Positions 37,147 to 46,649 of a DNA stretch of 62,222 nucleotides are shown in pieces. Position numbers and translations under genes: made by a program. This DNA is from a virus (lineage: Duplodnaviria > Caudoviricetes): positions 1 to 62,222 of IMG/VR virus record IMGVR_UViG_3300025490_000001. The stretch is one strand, 5' to 3'. Under the pieces are notes generated by a model. The model saw only the letters and a list, made by a program, of their open reading frames with translations. It searched no databases and was not told the DNA's origin. Within the stretch, counting starts at the first letter, position 1; the number at the start of each line of letters is the position of its first letter.

Positions 37147-39021
37147 ATGCTCACAGCAGACGAAAAGCCAAGCGCCGAAGCGCGCGAAACACCGGCGACG
37201 GATCAATTGGCGCAGAAGTGGGGGCGGCGTATCGAGCAGGCTCGCAAGCACTGGGACAAATTCCATAAGCGCGTGCGCCACAACCGCGAGACGGTCGCCG
37301 GGTTCGACTGGACTGCCGACCCGCGCAGCCCCGAGTTCTACAGGCCGCGGGCGAACCTGATTCAGGGCACCATCACCGCGCTGCTGCCTGCGATCTACGC
37401 TCGCAACCCGGAAATCAGCGCGATACCGCTGCACAAAGCCGGCAACCTGAAGCTGTTTTGCAAGACGATCGAGACGGTGACCAACCGGCACCTCGACCGC
37501 GCCGACCTCAAGGGTAAAGCCAAGGCCACGGTGCGGGCTGCACTCACGACCAGCTTTGGGATCGTCAAAGTGATGTACCAGCGCGACATCAAGCGCGACC
37601 CGATCATCCAGAGCCGCATCAACGACACGCAGGACAACATCGTGGCACTGGAGCGCCTGCTGGCCGAGCTCAAAGACCCGGCGCAGCGCGGCGATCTGGA
37701 GGCCAAGCGCGCAGAGCTGGAGCAGATGGTGGGCGCACTGGAAGAGCAGGTCGAAGTCACGGCAGCAGAAGGCTTGGTGATCGACCGGGTGCTGACGGAA
37801 AACCTGTTGATCGAGCCCGGCGTGTGCGAGTTCTGGGACTACCGCGACGCAGATTGGCTGTGCCAGATCGTGCCGATGAAGAAGAGCCACGCCGAGGCCG
37901 TCTATGGCGTGAAGCTGGACAAGGCCAAAGCCTACAGCGACGGCAAGCAAGGCGGTGCAAAAGACGGGCGATTTGCCAGCGCATCATCTGCGGGCGCAGA
38001 CGATGACAGGCAGATTGCCGTGCTGGAAATCTGGGACAAGACCACCCAGCGCGTGTACACGATGGCCGATGGGTGCGATCACTGGCTGCGCGAACCCTAC
38101 AGTCCGCCCAAAGCGGGTGAGCGCTGGTTTCCGTTTTTTCTGCTGCCGTTTCAGGTAGTTGACGGGCAGTTTGTGGCCCCGTCGCTGGTGGACCTGACCG
38201 AGAAGCTGCAGCACGAGCACAACAAAGCGCGCGAGCGGTTCAACCAGCACCGGGATTTGTGCCTGCCGGGCTGGATTGCTGGGGGCGATATCAGCGAAAA
38301 GAGCATCAAGCGCTACAGCGACAGCGCCATTGGCGAAATCACGATCATCGACACCGAGGGCCGACCGCTCAATCAGGTGATCATCCCGCGCCAGCATCCG
38401 CCCATCGACGCCGCGGTGTACGACACCAGCGCAGTGCGCTACGACTGGGAGCAGGTGACGGGGCTGCAAGACGCGGCCCGCTCGACCGTGGTGAAGGCCA
38501 AGACCGCGACCGAGGCTAACATCCTGCAGCAAAACCTAAGCGGCCGGGTGAGCGAGTTCCAAGACCAGGTGGAAGACTGGCTGCAAGAAATCAGCCGCTA
38601 CGCTGCCGAGGTGCTGCTGCAGGAGCTGACGCCCGCGCAGGTTGAGCGCATCATGGGGCCGCCAGAGGTGCAGGTAATCGACGTAGGCGGACAGCAGATG
38701 CAGGTCGAAGTAAAACCTTACGACTGGCCGGAGCTTGCGCGCGAGCAGGTGTTCGACATGATCGAGATGAAGATCAGGGCGGGCACCACTGGCGCGCCAG
38801 ACAAGATGCAGCAGCAGGAAGCGTGGTCACAGGTGCTGCCGATCGTGCAGGGCCTGATCACGCAAATCGTCCAACTGCAAGCCGCCGGGCAAGACACGGA
38901 GCCGCTGGCGCACCTGCTGCGCGAGACCGTGCGGCGCTTCGATGAGCGACTGGAGGCGGAGCAGTTCATCCCAAAGCCGCAGCAGCAGCCCGTGATGCCG
39001 CCTGACGCGCCGCCCATGTGA
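37147..39021 (+). CDS. Portal protein (podovirus type)
   Basis: 624 aa after terL; VLEIWDK, KTATEANI; Q/P-rich C-terminus. Confidence 0.85.
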   Translation: MLTADEKPSAEARETPATDQLAQKWGRRIEQARKHWDKFHKRVRHNRETVAGFDWTADPRSPEFYRPRANLIQGTITALLPAIYARNPEISAIPLHKAGNLKLFCKTIETVTNRHLDRADLKGKAKATVRAALTTSFGIVKVMYQRDIKRDPIIQSRINDTQDNIVALERLLAELKDPAQRGDLEAKRAELEQMVGALEEQVEVTAAEGLVIDRVLTENLLIEPGVCEFWDYRDADWLCQIVPMKKSHAEAVYGVKLDKAKAYSDGKQGGAKDGRFASASSAGADDDRQIAVLEIWDKTTQRVYTMADGCDHWLREPYSPPKAGERWFPFFLLPFQVVDGQFVAPSLVDLTEKLQHEHNKARERFNQHRDLCLPGWIAGGDISEKSIKRYSDSAIGEITIIDTEGRPLNQVIIPRQHPPIDAAVYDTSAVRYDWEQVTGLQDAARSTVVKAKTATEANILQQNLSGRVSEFQDQVEDWLQEISRYAAEVLLQELTPAQVERIMGPPEVQVIDVGGQQMQVEVKPYDWPELAREQVFDMIEMKIRAGTTGAPDKMQQQEAWSQVLPIVQGLITQIVQLQAAGQDTEPLAHLLRETVRRFDERLEAEQFIPKPQQQPVMPPDAPPM

Positions 39022-39052
39022 CCGATTTTCAACCCAGCAAAGGAACCACGCG

Positions 39053-40162
39053 ATGAAAAAATGGAAGCAGCAATGGATGCAACGCCTGATGAAGCCGGCC
39101 GATGGTGAGGGCGGCGACCTTGGTGGCGGCGGTGCCACGGCGGCCGCGATAGAGGCCATGGGCACAGCGCCAGACAGCCAGGCGCAAGAACTGCCGATCG
39201 AATCGCCCGCTGACGCGCAAGCGCAACCCGAAGCGCAGCCGACCGAATCAGTTGCCGAGCAGCCCGCGCGCGGCAAGTCGAAAATGGAGGCCATGCTCGA
39301 CGCGCTGACGGATGATCCAAATACAAGTGCCAAGCCAGCCGCCGAGCCAGTCAACAAGGTCGAGCCAGTCAAAGCCACTGACCAACCCAAAGCGCCCGAG
39401 CAAGAAGTGGCCGAACTGCTGGACGGCGTGAAGTCCGAGCGCGGCCGTGAGCGCATCAAGCAGGCGTTTGCTGAGAAAAAGCAGTTGGAGCAGGAGATCG
39501 GGAGCTTCCGCGAAATGGTGCGCTCAACCGGCATGAGCCCGCAGCAGTTTGCCCAGACGTTGGAGTTTGGCCGCCTGGTGAGCAGCGGCGACGAGAAAAA
39601 CATCCGCATGGCGCTGGAAATGATCGAGGGCCAGCGGGCCGAGCTGTACCAGAAGCTGGGCGTGGAAGCGCCCGGCGTGGATTTGCTGCAGGGCCACGAC
39701 GACCTCAAACAGGCCGTGGACGGCATGGAAATCACGCGCCAGAAGGCCGTTGAACTGGCCAAGTTCCGCAAGCAGCAGCAAGAGGCGCAGCAGCACCAGC
39801 AGGCGCAGCAGCAGACGGTGCAGCAGCAGCACGAGTACCAGCAGCAGGTGCAGCAGGCCACGCAGTCGATGGACGCCTACCTGCAGACGCGGGCCAACGA
39901 GGTGGACCACCCGGCGCGAATCAAGGTGATCACGGAGCACTTCAAAAACCCGGAAAACTTACAGCGATTTGTGAGCACATACCAGCCGCACCAGTGGGCG
40001 GATACCGTGCGGCTGATGTACGACGGCATCCACATCCCGCGCCAAGCCAGCGCACAGCAGCAGCCGATTCGCTCGCGCCCTTCTACCTTGGGTGCGCCCG
40101 CCGCAAACGGCGCATCGGCCATTGACCGAATCGCGCAACGCATGGAAAGCATGGGCCTTTAA
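39053..40162 (+). CDS. Scaffolding protein (putative)
   Basis: Low-complexity N-terminus, Gln-rich coiled coil, between portal and capsid. Confidence 0.65.
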   Translation: MKKWKQQWMQRLMKPADGEGGDLGGGGATAAAIEAMGTAPDSQAQELPIESPADAQAQPEAQPTESVAEQPARGKSKMEAMLDALTDDPNTSAKPAAEPVNKVEPVKATDQPKAPEQEVAELLDGVKSERGRERIKQAFAEKKQLEQEIGSFREMVRSTGMSPQQFAQTLEFGRLVSSGDEKNIRMALEMIEGQRAELYQKLGVEAPGVDLLQGHDDLKQAVDGMEITRQKAVELAKFRKQQQEAQQHQQAQQQTVQQQHEYQQQVQQATQSMDAYLQTRANEVDHPARIKVITEHFKNPENLQRFVSTYQPHQWADTVRLMYDGIHIPRQASAQQQPIRSRPSTLGAPAANGASAIDRIAQRMESMGL

Positions 40163-40182
40163 TTCAATCCCCGGAGAAAGCA

Positions 40183-40539
40183 ATGTCACAAGCAGCACAA
40201 CTTCAAATCAGCCAGCCCTACTACGCCGACACCAGTACGCCACTGGCCGCCAGCGCCACGTTCACCGGGGCAGCCCGAGACATGGGCGCCAGCAATGCAG
40301 AGTTCCGTTCGTTCAGCGCGACGTTCTTTGCATCGCACGCCAGCGCAACCAACGGAGCCAAGATTCAGATGTCGAACGACGGCATCGCCTGGGTGGATGC
40401 AGCCGTAGCCACACTGGCCGCCAACGTGCCCCAGTCCCTGAGCGTGCCCGTGGTGGCGCGCTACTACCGCACGCAGCTGATCAACGGCGCCACGCTGCAA
40501 ACCGCTGTGGCCGTCAACTCTGCTGCATCGCGCACCTAA
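40183..40539 (+). CDS. Small beta-rich virion protein (decoration candidate)
   Basis: STPLAASATFTG..ARYYRTQLING. Confidence 0.55.
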   Translation: MSQAAQLQISQPYYADTSTPLAASATFTGAARDMGASNAEFRSFSATFFASHASATNGAKIQMSNDGIAWVDAAVATLAANVPQSLSVPVVARYYRTQLINGATLQTAVAVNSAASRT

Positions 40540-40575
40540 CAAAAATCCGTTGAGGGGTTGACACCCTGCAATAAT
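40539..40575 (+). promoter_or_regulatory. Putative late promoter motif, copy 2 (capsid leader)
   Basis: ACAAAAATCCG-N20-AATAAT. Confidence 0.55.
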
Positions 40576-40581
40576 CCATTT

Positions 40582-40830
40582 GCCAGTGCTGCATCGCTGT
40601 GCTGGCTGGTCCGTGATGAGCGTAAGCGGGGATCGCCACCCGCAACGGATCAGCCGGCATGACGATGCAGAACACGCCGAATTTGTCGCCGCATCGGTGG
40701 GGTCGCGTCCACCAGCGCAGAGCGCATCAGGCCAAGCCGTACCCGAGTCGCGCCGGGAGCCGAGATGTGCTGAATTGACGGGCTTGCGTGCCGTCACGGT
40801 GTGAAAGGTCAAGCACAAACCCTTTCATTT
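40582..40830 (+). ncRNA. Candidate structured RNA / capsid 5' leader
   Basis: Long stem with G-U pairs (40589-40614 with 40645-40670) and repeated hairpins with TCGC loops. Confidence 0.55.
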
Positions 40831-40841
40831 CGGAGCGACAA

Positions 40842-41888
40842 ATGCCTATTTCAGCACCAGACCTCGCTGAACTCACCAAAATCTCACTAGATGAGTTTCT
40901 GCGCAACATGCCCGTGGACCAGATCGCCACGGAGCGCCCACTTCTCAAAAAACTGATGGCCGGCCGCAAGACGTTCTTGGGCGCCCGGCAAAACATCGTC
41001 GAAAACATCCGCCGCGCCTACGGCTCCAACTTCAATTGGGCCTACGGTGAAGACCCCGTGGTGTTCAACAAGCGCAACACCACCGAGCAGGCCGCTTTCC
41101 CGTGGCGGCGCGCCGTTGATGGCCTCTACCTCGACTACGACCGCCTTTTCGGCAACGGCATCAAGGTGCGCGAGGGTGAGCGCGGGGCCTTTAAGCTGGA
41201 GCAAAACGAGAAGGTGCAACTGCTGAACCTGCTCGATGAGCAAATGGAATCCCTGCGCGAAGGTTTCATGCAGCGCCTCGACCTCGAACTGCACCGCAAC
41301 GGCACCGCCGACCCCGATTCAATCGTCGGCCTGGACACGCTGGTCTCTGTCGCGCCTACCACTGGCACGGTGGGCGGCCTTGATCGTGCTACAGCGACTT
41401 ACTGGCGCAACCACGCAGAAACCGGCATCTCGACGGCCACGGTGGGCACGCTGGCGCAGCGCATGGAACTGGCCTGGCGGCGCTGCATCCACAACGGCGG
41501 CTCCCCGGACTTCATCCTTGCCGGCGGCGACTTCATCGACGCATACCGGCGCGAGATCACCGTGACGCAAAACGCCAGCGCGGGCAGCGTCAAAAACCTC
41601 GATGCAGGGGTGGGCAGCGGCGTGAGCACAGGCCTGCACTTCAAGGGCGTGGAAATCATCTGGGACCCCCAGTTCGAAGAAATGCAGACGCTCGAAAGCC
41701 CGCTGGTTTCGTGGAACCGGCGCTGCTACTTCATCAACACCAAGTTCATGAAGTACCGCGACGACGACATGGACATCGTGACACCGGTGCGCCCGCACGA
41801 CACGCTGGCCATGTACGCGATGGTGAACCTGCGCTGCGCGCTGTCGATCAGCCGCGCCAACGCGCACGCTGTGCTGGCCATCGCCTAA
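40842..41888 (+). CDS. Major capsid protein
   Basis: 348 aa; IVGLDTLV..GTVGGLDRA..YWRN, SPDFIL, FKGVEIIWDP; start re-called at 40842. Confidence 0.88.
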   Translation: MPISAPDLAELTKISLDEFLRNMPVDQIATERPLLKKLMAGRKTFLGARQNIVENIRRAYGSNFNWAYGEDPVVFNKRNTTEQAAFPWRRAVDGLYLDYDRLFGNGIKVREGERGAFKLEQNEKVQLLNLLDEQMESLREGFMQRLDLELHRNGTADPDSIVGLDTLVSVAPTTGTVGGLDRATATYWRNHAETGISTATVGTLAQRMELAWRRCIHNGGSPDFILAGGDFIDAYRREITVTQNASAGSVKNLDAGVGSGVSTGLHFKGVEIIWDPQFEEMQTLESPLVSWNRRCYFINTKFMKYRDDDMDIVTPVRPHDTLAMYAMVNLRCALSISRANAHAVLAIA

Positions 41889-41939
41889 CGACCAGGCCCG
41901 GCCCGGTGCCGGGTCATTCCCTTCCCTTTGGAGATTTCA

Positions 41940-42269
41940 ATGAGCGACAAAATCGAAGTTCCGATGATCGAGGTCATGGTGCGGCGCGATGCCAACACCA
42001 TTACCACCGTGGCCGTGCCGCCCTACGAGTTGACGATGCTGCGGCAGATGTTCGGCAAGGAAAACGTCACCGGCGACACCGTGGTGGGCCGCATCGAGGT
42101 GGCACCAGACCAAGAGGCCGAGCGCCTGAGCGCCAAGTACGGGCCGGGCAAGGTGATCAAGGTGTACGGCGACGACGGCGGCGAGCGCTTGCGCGAGCTG
42201 GTTGAAAAGGCCGCGTCCTCGCACCAGGCGGAAAGCGCACCCAAGGCCCGAGCGGCAGCCGCCAAATAA
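41940..42269 (+). CDS. Hypothetical virion-associated protein
   Basis: GGAG RBS, follows capsid. Confidence 0.6.
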   Translation: MSDKIEVPMIEVMVRRDANTITTVAVPPYELTMLRQMFGKENVTGDTVVGRIEVAPDQEAERLSAKYGPGKVIKVYGDDGGERLRELVEKAASSHQAESAPKARAAAAK

Positions 42270-42281
42270 AGGGGCACCAAG

Positions 42282-44129
42282 ATGCCGCAGCCGACCGCAT
42301 ACCAGCGCACCGTCGATTTCACCGAGCGCGATGGCGACGACACCAACCACGGGGGCATCAATGCCGAGTTGGATGCGGCGGCGCTTTCTGTAAACCAAAT
42401 CCGGGCCAACCTCGCCCTGATCCAAAAAGACGACGGCACACTGGCCAACGGCAGCGTGGGTGCCGAGCAACTTGCGGCCGGCGCATTCGACGCTGTGCAA
42501 GCTTCGGTGAACGCGGCGACCCAGGCCGCCAGCGGGTCTGCGCAGTCGGCTTTGACGTCGGCTTTGTCGGCCCAGCAGGCGGCGACCGATGCAGCGCAGA
42601 CCATCAGCACGGTGCAGCAGCACGCAGCAGCGGCGCTGCTGAACGCGCAATCGGCGTCAGTGTCAGCGTCGGCGGCGTCATCTAGCGCAGCCAGTGCGAC
42701 AGGATCAGCAGCCAGCGCCACGGCCTCGCAGGGGGCAGCAGCCGCCAGCGCGAGCAGTGCGGAAGCCTCGGCCTCGGCGGCGCTGGCCTCACAAACTGCG
42801 GCTGCCACAAGCGCCACGAACGCAGGGGATTCCGCTGGCTCCGCAGCCACCTCGCAGGCCGCAGCGGCCACCAGCGCGAGCAGCGCAGCGACGTCGGCGG
42901 CTGCTGCAACGACCTCGCAATCAGCTGCGGCCACAAGTGCGGCTGCTGCGCTGGCATCACAAGGAGCGGCGGCCACCAGTGCAGCCGAAGCCGCTGCCAG
43001 TGCGCTCAGTGTAGATGCTGCAAACTTGGTGCAGGTTACTGGCGACCAGTCAATCGGAGGCGTCAAGACACTCCTCGAATTCCCCATACTCCCCGCATCG
43101 CTGAGCGGCTTTGCCAAAGCAGACCAAAACCGCAGTGCATTTATCAAAACCGGCGCAACAACGGTGAGTATCCGCGCCGAAACGCGAGTCGAAATCGCGG
43201 GGCGTTGGCACCGCTTCGAGGTGCAAACCGCAGTACCAATGCCTGCACTGGTTGCTGGCGAGGACTACGCTATTTGGTGTACGCCTGATGGGGCGCTGGC
43301 CTGCAATGCCGACCCATTCAGTAGTCCGGCTGCACCGCCGGTTGGCGGCTCGCGCAAAATCGGTGGCTTCCATTATGGCCTGGTTGCACCCGGCACTACG
43401 GTTGCCGGGGGCGGATTTGCCACTACCGGGTTCACCAACCAGGGCGGCAGCATGATCTGGACGCAAGCCGCGGTGGATCGAATTGCAGGCATCAACGAGT
43501 TCAGTTTGTGGGATTTGGCTTGGCGCTGCAAAGGCCAGCAGCGCGGCATGGTGCTAGACCCGCAAACCGAATCTTGGCACGCGATTTATTTCTGTGGCGC
43601 AAACCACATTGTCAACGGCATCAGCCGGTTTAACACTGATGTTGCCAGCGGCACGGTATTGCCGCGTATTCCGCTTGCATACGGCGGCAACGGCACACTG
43701 GCATACGGGCGAATGTCGCAATATGAGGCGGAAGAAATCGCTTCTAGCTTCAATTTGCGTATGCCAGACCCGCACGAGTTTCGCAGTGCTGCGTTTGGCG
43801 TGACGGAATTTCAGTCGCTGGGCGGCGCGGCAGCTACCATACCCAGCACACTGAGGCAATCAGGCTACACCAGCAGGCTCGGCATCGAGCAGGCAACTGG
43901 GCACCAATGGATATGGGCGCGAGGCAATAGCTCAACAGGCGCTGTCGGCTGGATTGCAGGCCCCCACCGGGGGGATGCCCACAACAACCTGTTCGTTACA
44001 CTGCTGGGTGGCGGTCGCAGCAGTGCTGCGCATTCCGGCTCTCGGGCGTCCGCCTCGAGCAACGTCGCGTGGGACTCGAACTGGCACATTGCGTTGCGCG
44101 CTGCCGGTGACCACCTGAAGCATGTTTGA
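42282..44129 (+). CDS. mtd: Tail fibre with C-terminal Mtd-like (C-type lectin) domain; DGR target
   Basis: Anchor N-terminus, Ala/Ser-rich shaft, Mtd-like C-terminal part ending GG..SGSRAS..W.SNW.IALRA; VR at 3' end. Confidence 0.88.
   Translation: MPQPTAYQRTVDFTERDGDDTNHGGINAELDAAALSVNQIRANLALIQKDDGTLANGSVGAEQLAAGAFDAVQASVNAATQAASGSAQSALTSALSAQQAATDAAQTISTVQQHAAAALLNAQSASVSASAASSSAASATGSAASATASQGAAAASASSAEASASAALASQTAAATSATNAGDSAGSAATSQAAAATSASSAATSAAAATTSQSAAATSAAAALASQGAAATSAAEAAASALSVDAANLVQVTGDQSIGGVKTLLEFPILPASLSGFAKADQNRSAFIKTGATTVSIRAETRVEIAGRWHRFEVQTAVPMPALVAGEDYAIWCTPDGALACNADPFSSPAAPPVGGSRKIGGFHYGLVAPGTTVAGGGFATTGFTNQGGSMIWTQAAVDRIAGINEFSLWDLAWRCKGQQRGMVLDPQTESWHAIYFCGANHIVNGISRFNTDVASGTVLPRIPLAYGGNGTLAYGRMSQYEAEEIASSFNLRMPDPHEFRSAAFGVTEFQSLGGAAATIPSTLRQSGYTSRLGIEQATGHQWIWARGNSSTGAVGWIAGPHRGDAHNNLFVTLLGGGRSSAAHSGSRASASSNVAWDSNWHIALRAAGDHLKHV
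44008..44111 (+). repeat. DGR variable repeat (VR)
   Basis: 104 bp, 96/104 identical to TR; all mismatches opposite TR adenines. Confidence 0.95.
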
Positions 44130-44147
44130 GGCTGCGAAAGCAGCCTC
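44128..44147 (+). other. DGR target-recognition hairpin downstream of IMH
   Basis: GAGGCTGC-GAAA-GCAGCCTC perfect 8-bp stem. Confidence 0.88.
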
Positions 44148-44155
44148 TGAAGCAG

Positions 44156-44548
44156 ATGATGGAACAAACAGACCAAACCGCAGCAAAGACTGAGCCGCGT
44201 GCAGCGATGGCGGTAGTGGTGCGCCTCGACGGTTTTGTCAACTACATTTACCCTATGTTGACGAATACCAGTCGCCAACATAGAGTGTTGCGAGACACAA
44301 TGATCGCAGCTATTTTTGAGCAGTATCGTTTATTTCATGCTGCCGGAAAAAGCAATCAAGTCTCGCGGGTATACGAGGCAGACGCCGGGCTGGCGTACCT
44401 CAAAGAGCTTTTGCGCTTCATGGCAGCGCCTGAACGCAAGCTGGTGTCACGTCGCCAATACGAGATTGCCAGCGTGCATCTCGCAGAGACGGGCGCCATG
44501 CTTGGGGCTTGGGCAAAGTCTGCGCAAAAGAGGCAAGGAGGGGGCTAA
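44156..44548 (+). CDS. avd: DGR accessory variability determinant
   Basis: About 130 aa basic helical protein between VR and TR; YIYP, ADAGLAYLK.LLRF, ETGAMLGAW. Confidence 0.88.
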   Translation: MMEQTDQTAAKTEPRAAMAVVVRLDGFVNYIYPMLTNTSRQHRVLRDTMIAAIFEQYRLFHAAGKSNQVSRVYEADAGLAYLKELLRFMAAPERKLVSRRQYEIASVHLAETGAMLGAWAKSAQKRQGGG

Positions 44549-44549
44549 A

Positions 44550-44653
44550 GTGGCGATCGCAACAATGCTGCGCATTCCGGCTCTCGGGCGTCCAACTCGA
44601 ACAACGTCGCGTGGAACTCGAACTGGAACATTGCGTTGCGCGCTGCCGGTGAC
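44550..44653 (+). ncRNA. DGR template repeat (TR)
   Basis: Intergenic VR copy with 8 in-frame AAC/AAT codons, 20 adenines. Confidence 0.95.
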
Positions 44654-44819
44654 GATAAAAGTCAAGGCTCCTGTACTTGGTGCCGCTACGGCAACACCAA
44701 GCGACCTTTTTAGATATGGTCAGCCCCTCTTGGCCTGCTTCGGCAAACACACTAAGCGGTTCGGAGAACGGGGAGTAGGGCTTTGCCCGAAACCCGCGCC
44801 GACTTATAAGGAGTCCGCG

Positions 44820-45806
44820 ATGGGCAAAAAATACAAAAACTTGTTTGATCAAATTACCGACCCGGACAACCTTTGGGAAGCGTACCGCAAGGCATCGCTG
44901 GGCAAGCGCCTGACTATGGGCTACCTGCTGTTTAAGCAGGACGAAGCCGCAAACCTGTCTTGGTTGCGCCGGAGCCTAGTGGCTGGAACCTATCGGTCCG
45001 GCGAACCGCATACGTTTATGGTGTACGAGCCAAAGCCAAGGGAAATCAGCGCCCTGCCTTTCGTTGATCGCGTGGCGCAACACGCCTTTTGCAATATAGT
45101 TGAGCCGCTGTTTGAGCGCGCATTCTTGCCGCAAAGCTATGCCTGCCGCATTGATCGCGGAACGCACGCAGCAGCCGCATCGGTGCAGTCGATGTTGCGC
45201 CGAATCATTGCTGGCGGAGGGGACCCATGGGTACTAAAGACCGACTTTTCACGCTACTTCGCGTCAGTCCGCAGGAGTGTGCTGCGCCAAGAATTCGCTC
45301 GCAAAATCAGTTGCAGCAGGACGCTGGAGCTTTTGCGGCGATTTATCCCGCCCGATGGTTGCGGCCTGCCTATTGGTAGCCTTACCAGTCAGCTTGCGGC
45401 CAATATCTACGGGCACATCTATGACCGATGGCTCGTACACACAGTGGGCGTAAAGCAGTTTGCCCGGTACATGGACGACGTTGTGGTGGTTGGTTACAGC
45501 CGAGAAGCAATGGCGCTACTGCAAACGCAAGCGGCATCGTTCACCCTCCAGAACATGGGCTTGCGCTTTTCGCGCTGGAGTGTACTGCCATGGACTGCCG
45601 GGGTAAACTTTTGCGGCTATCGAATTTGGCCCACACACAAGCTGCTCCGCAAATCCAGTGTTATTCGAGCCAAGCGCAAACTGCGGAATTTCGATGCCCG
45701 CGGGGACGCCGAGGGCCGACTCAAGTTCCTTGCTGCATGGCGCGGCCACGCGCAGTGGGCAGACACCCACCACCTGATTCAACACCTAGGAGTCGAGCAT
45801 GACTGA
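44820..45806 (+). CDS. brt: DGR reverse transcriptase
   Basis: PFVDRVAQHA, LKTDFSRYF, GLPIGSLTSQ, RYMDD, FCGY; AAGGAG RBS; 328 aa. Confidence 0.95.
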   Translation: MGKKYKNLFDQITDPDNLWEAYRKASLGKRLTMGYLLFKQDEAANLSWLRRSLVAGTYRSGEPHTFMVYEPKPREISALPFVDRVAQHAFCNIVEPLFERAFLPQSYACRIDRGTHAAAASVQSMLRRIIAGGGDPWVLKTDFSRYFASVRRSVLRQEFARKISCSRTLELLRRFIPPDGCGLPIGSLTSQLAANIYGHIYDRWLVHTVGVKQFARYMDDVVVVGYSREAMALLQTQAASFTLQNMGLRFSRWSVLPWTAGVNFCGYRIWPTHKLLRKSSVIRAKRKLRNFDARGDAEGRLKFLAAWRGHAQWADTHHLIQHLGVEHD

Positions 45807-46212
45807 ATTTTATTACAGCCCCCGCACCGGCGAGCATATCGCAACAGCCACGCCCGCAGACTGGATGGGTGTCACACTGCTGCCGCCGCCAGCCCATGAT
45901 CGAGCAACACAAAGCGCGTTTTTCCGTGACGGCTCGTGGGTTGTTGAAACGGCACTGCCCCCGCAGCCGCAAACCCCTCAATCCGTCACCATGCGCCAAG
46001 CGCGGCTGGCTCTGCTTTCTGCCGGGTTGCTGGCGGCGGTAAACGCAGCAATTGCAGCCATGCCGGGTGTTGCTGGTGAGGCTGCGCGCATCGAGTGGGA
46101 GTATGCGCAGACTGTTGAGCGCGACTCGCCGCTGGTCGCCGGGCTGACGGCTGCGCTGAATCTCACTCAAACCCAGATCGACGATCTGTTCGCATTGGCG
46201 GCAACACTATGA
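45799..46212 (+). CDS. Tail fibre assembly-like protein
   Basis: Homologous to 17180-17461. Confidence 0.65.
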   Translation: MTEFYYSPRTGEHIATATPADWMGVTLLPPPAHDRATQSAFFRDGSWVVETALPPQPQTPQSVTMRQARLALLSAGLLAAVNAAIAAMPGVAGEAARIEWEYAQTVERDSPLVAGLTAALNLTQTQIDDLFALAATL

Positions 46213-46448
46213 AAACTCAACTGCGCCGCATCGCTGCATGGCTCAGTCAGGGCGTGAACTGCATCCTGCTCGGCGGGCATCACGATGTAACCGTGAGCGC
46301 TCGCGCCTATCTCAGTCGCAACCGGCGAGGCTGGCGGCTGGTTTATCGCGTCGCCAATGCGGTGTTTTTCTGGCAGGACGATCATTGCCGGGATTCGTAC
46401 CTGGCTGATGTGGCTTGGGCCAAGGAAATTTTGGAGTTCGAGGAATGA
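46209..46448 (+). CDS. Phage hypothetical protein
   Basis: Homologous to 17468-17716. Confidence 0.6.
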   Translation: MKTQLRRIAAWLSQGVNCILLGGHHDVTVSARAYLSRNRRGWRLVYRVANAVFFWQDDHCRDSYLADVAWAKEILEFEE

Positions 46449-46648
46449 AACCCTGGTACAAATCCCGCACGTTGATCGTGAACGCCGCCGTGGCCGCGCT
46501 GGCGGCGTTTGAGCTGGTTTCTGGCCTGCTCCAGCCGTTTCTGCCGGTCAACGTGTTCACCGCCGTGGCCGTGGGCCTGCCTGTCATCAACGCGATTCTG
46601 CGCGTGATTACCACGCAAGGCGTAGTCTTTTCGCAAAAGGACGACTGA
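46445..46648 (+). CDS. Putative holin
   Basis: MKPWYKSRT plus two TM helices; start re-called at 46445. Confidence 0.65.
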   Translation: MKPWYKSRTLIVNAAVAALAAFELVSGLLQPFLPVNVFTAVAVGLPVINAILRVITTQGVVFSQKDD

Positions 46649-46649
46649 C

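Larger units (their letters stand above)
42282..45806 (+). mobile_element. Diversity-generating retroelement (target-VR-hairpin-avd-TR-RT)
   Basis: All BPP-1-type components present in canonical order. Confidence 0.95.

Noticed and set aside
39770-39860. CAG-rich tract
   Set aside because: Encodes the Gln-rich coil of the scaffold protein; no sign of phase variation
40558-40563. Perfect TTGACA -35 box
   Set aside because: No -10 hexamer at 16-18 bp spacing
40613-40631. Hammerhead-like GTGATGA-GC-GTAA-GC-GGGG
   Set aside because: Lacks C3 and the essential GAAA core, so not a hammerhead ribozyme
42530-43010. Ala/Ser-rich repeats and long antisense ORF 42023-43147
   Set aside because: Ordinary fibre shaft low complexity; the antisense ORF is a shadow
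44316-44819. N-terminal extension of the RT in the ORF track (496 aa)
   Set aside because: Overlaps avd and TR; strong RBS and typical MGKKYKNL start at 44820
44820-45806. RT as retron or group II intron
   Set aside because: TR/VR, avd and SQ motif define a DGR; no retron VTG motif or maturase/endonuclease extension seen
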